From Octopus vulgaris (lineage: Eukaryota), in NCBI GenBank assembly GCA_951406725.2, contig CATOCA020000001.1, positions 4,836,001-4,900,000 of the forward strand: a stretch of 64,000 bases of DNA, in the 5' to 3' direction. This document shows, piece by piece, positions 61,478 to 64,000 of the stretch. Under the pieces are notes generated by a model. The model made no database searches and was not told where the DNA came from. It was given only the letters and a program-made list of their open reading frames with translations. Each line of letters opens with the position of its first letter. The first letter of the stretch is position 1. Made by a program: the position numbers and the translations under genes.

Positions 61478-62105
61478 ACAACAGGTTTTAAGTTAATACG
61501 TAGGGAATTTTCTGCAACAGAAATTACTGAACATCTAGGAACTTCGGGGTTCGAGAAGAACGTAATATAAATAAGAGAGAGAGAAAATATTTCGTAGGGA
61601 ATTTAGGGTATCTTTGGGGAAAGGAATAACGACGAAGGAACAACAGGTTTTAAGTTAATACGTAGGGAATTTTCTGCAACAGAAATTACTGAACATCTAG
61701 GAACTTCGGGGTTCGAGAAGAACGTAATATAAATAAGAGAGAGAGAAAAAATTTCGTAGGGAATTTAGGGTATCTTTGGGGAAAGGAATAACGACGAAGG
61801 AACAACAGGTTTTAAGTTAATACGTAGGGAATTTTCTGCAACAGAAATTACTGAACATCTAGGAACTTCGGGGTTCGAGAAGAACGTAATATAAATAAGA
61901 GAGAGAGAAAAAATTTCGTAGGGAATTTAGGGTATCTTTGGGGAAAGGAATAACGACGAAGGAACAACAGGTTTTAAAGTAATACGTAGGGAATTTTCTG
62001 CGACAGAAATTACTGAACATCTAGAAACTTCGGGGTTCGAGTAAAACATAATATAAATAGGAGAGAGAGAGAATATTGTAGTGAATTCTGGGGATGGAAT
62101 AATAA
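61478..62105. repeat. About 162-bp tandem repeat (about 3.8 copies) in the RTE 5' region
   Basis: acaacaggtttt starts at 61478, 61640, 61802 and about 61964. Confidence 0.95.
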
Positions 62106-62305
62106 CAGGATGACACTGAAATTAAAGGAGGAATTTAAAATGCATGACAGACAGGAAGCCATGCCTTTAATTCAATTATTATACAGATAATCGTTCAATT
62201 GGAAAATAGGAATGGAAGCAGTTTTCAGTTATTCTTTCGAGCACAATATACTCGGGGGAAGAAAACCTTACAGAAATCAATTGGGAACTATTATTTTATA
62301 CTCAC

Positions 62306-62383
62306 CTATTGCCTGAGATGCAGCCCCTAATTCCTGACATGTAGCCTCTGTTTGTACACACCTGTCCTCACATTTTGGAGCCC
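62306..62383 (-). CDS. 78-nt linker exon of RING/death-domain gene (phase 1-1)
   Basis: atttcag acceptor and gtgagt donor. GAPKCEDRCVQTEATCQELGAASQAI. Confidence 0.75.
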
Positions 62384-63898
62384 CTGAAATAAATATTTCC
62401 AAGTTTTACATTTAATAATAAAATATCTATATCTTTATTTTTATTAAACTCTATCTTGTTATTGTGAGACATTCAATTCCTGTTGTTACTGGTCAAATGT
62501 TGACCATTATGGTTTTGGTCAATATTTCTGTACTTTCTACAGTGTTCCCATGTAATAGCTCAATATGTCCATAATAAACAGAATAACATTCCTAAATCCA
62601 CCCTCTCCCTCTCTCTCTCTCTCTCTCTCTCTAAAAACACATTAAATATTCAAACAATGTTGCAATTATCTCGTTTAATTAACACCTGATAAGAGTTTTC
62701 TCTTAGCTTCGTCTTTCTTTTCTTATAACTGTGCCAAATCTATGGCATGGCACAGTCCTCTCATCTCTAGAATTCACTAATCAACATTCCTCTCTAATTA
62801 AGTAAAACTGAGGCCATAAAGACATGTCCTTTATGTGCATACCCTCCATCCCACACACAATCTGTCCCCTAAAAATCATCTCCACAACATGATCCCTAAC
62901 AAGATATAAAATGTAAGGTGAGGGTACACGATGTTCCTATGAAAAAAATATGTTTACATTTCATACATACAAATGTAAGAGAGTTAATGAATTATAGCTT
63001 ATTAATTATCATGATAATTGGGTATATATGTGATACAATGGCACTGTGCTTGACGGTGCAATACTAGATATCAATATAGATTGTATATAATCTGAGTAAA
63101 GAACATATAACCTTCATTACTATGAATATGATTGTGTCTCAGCACAGCTAATATTATGGTAGTTCCATGAGCAAACGAAGAAAGATATAACCAAGTCCAC
63201 TGCCAAATACTAATAATCAATTCATTTCCTGGTCAAAAAACAATGTCTAACTTCCATTAAATAATTTGAACGCAACAATCAAGACCAAAGGGTGAAACAC
63301 TCAGAAAACTGTGCCTCTTTTAGCATTAATATCATCAAAAATCTAACAAGAGTGAGAAAAAGAATGACTATATGGATGGTAAATGTTGTTCAAACAATGT
63401 AATAAGTGTATATTATATATAGTTACAAACAAGGATTTGTGAGATCAAGTCACACAGGGATCTCATATTTAATTCCTATCTTTATATTTTATGTCAACTC
63501 CAATGTTTTGTTTAAATGCAAACAGATGTTCACCGTCCAATACTAAATTTAATATTTAATCAACGTTAATGATCATTATACTTATAATCTTAGAGATTTG
63601 ATTTTTAATCTTGTTAATTTCTTATAATTCAGGGTACGTACCTAAAGAGACATTCAGGGTACGTACCTAAACAACATATCCTGACAGACATCTTGAAGTG
63701 TGACATCTTAAAATTAGGTAAAGGCAATATTTAGTGGATATAGTGATAGATATACTGTCACAAAGAAAAGACCCCAGGAACACCTATCATAAATCTGTCC
63801 CATTATGAAGTACCTGGGTCTACACGAAAGCTTGAAGCACATTATTCCACACAATAAGGTCAACAAGACAACAAACAAAGCCCCAAAGATTATCTTAC

Positions 63899-64000
63899 CA
63901 AATTCACTTTTGCTGAGTGTGTATCCTCGACACACGGGGCATCTCTTAAATGTCATTTCAGAAGAACAATTCTCGCAGAGAACAAGATCACATGGTTGCA
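63899..64000 (-). CDS. Exon with the C-terminal half of a RING finger (MIB/IAP-like), continues beyond the window
   Basis: QPCDLVLCENCSSEMTFKRCPVCRGYTLSKSEF followed by g|gtaaga, phase 1. Confidence 0.75.

Larger units (their letters stand above)
57356..62165 (-). mobile_element. Full-length RTE-clade LINE
   Basis: Intact ORF, (GAT)n tail and repeated 5' region. Host duplicated-unit sequence resumes on both sides. No TSD recognised. Confidence 0.93.

Noticed and set aside
61478-62105. Possible CRISPR array (also 57654-58100)
   Set aside because: Whole units repeat with no unique spacers, in a eukaryotic LINE context with no cas genes.

Overview
AT-rich, microsatellite-dense metazoan genomic DNA, most likely a cephalopod (Octopus-like; inferred from the SINE and LINE repertoire, not proven). 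It is not prokaryotic, and almost all short ORFs in the track are microsatellite or antisense artefacts. Two spliced host genes can be assembled by hand. (1) A + strand gene (exons 17095-32863, possibly also 544-596) encodes an adhesion-GPCR-type hormone-receptor (HRM) domain that stops without GAIN or 7TM regions. (2) The 3' half of a - strand gene encodes a RING finger, a short linker exon and a C-terminal death domain, in a tandemly duplicated exon/intron region. The rest is mostly transposons: a full-length RTE LINE with an intact ORF, a 5'-truncated CR1-type LINE with an open ORF2, decayed RTE, Hero-like and R4/Dong-like LINEs, Penelope-like RT and GIY-YIG fragments, Chapaev3, mariner and Helitron remnants, and several SINE families. 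The main hidden signal is a dense set of type I hammerhead-ribozyme motifs: 10 well-formed and about 7 decayed. Many have palindromic stem III, some have unusual cores (a G3-C8 swap, U4C), and several sit in or at the centre of long fold-back palindromes next to (TA)n, consistent with non-autonomous Penelope-like terminal repeats. Coordinates were counted by hand and may be off by a few nt. No computation or database search was run.
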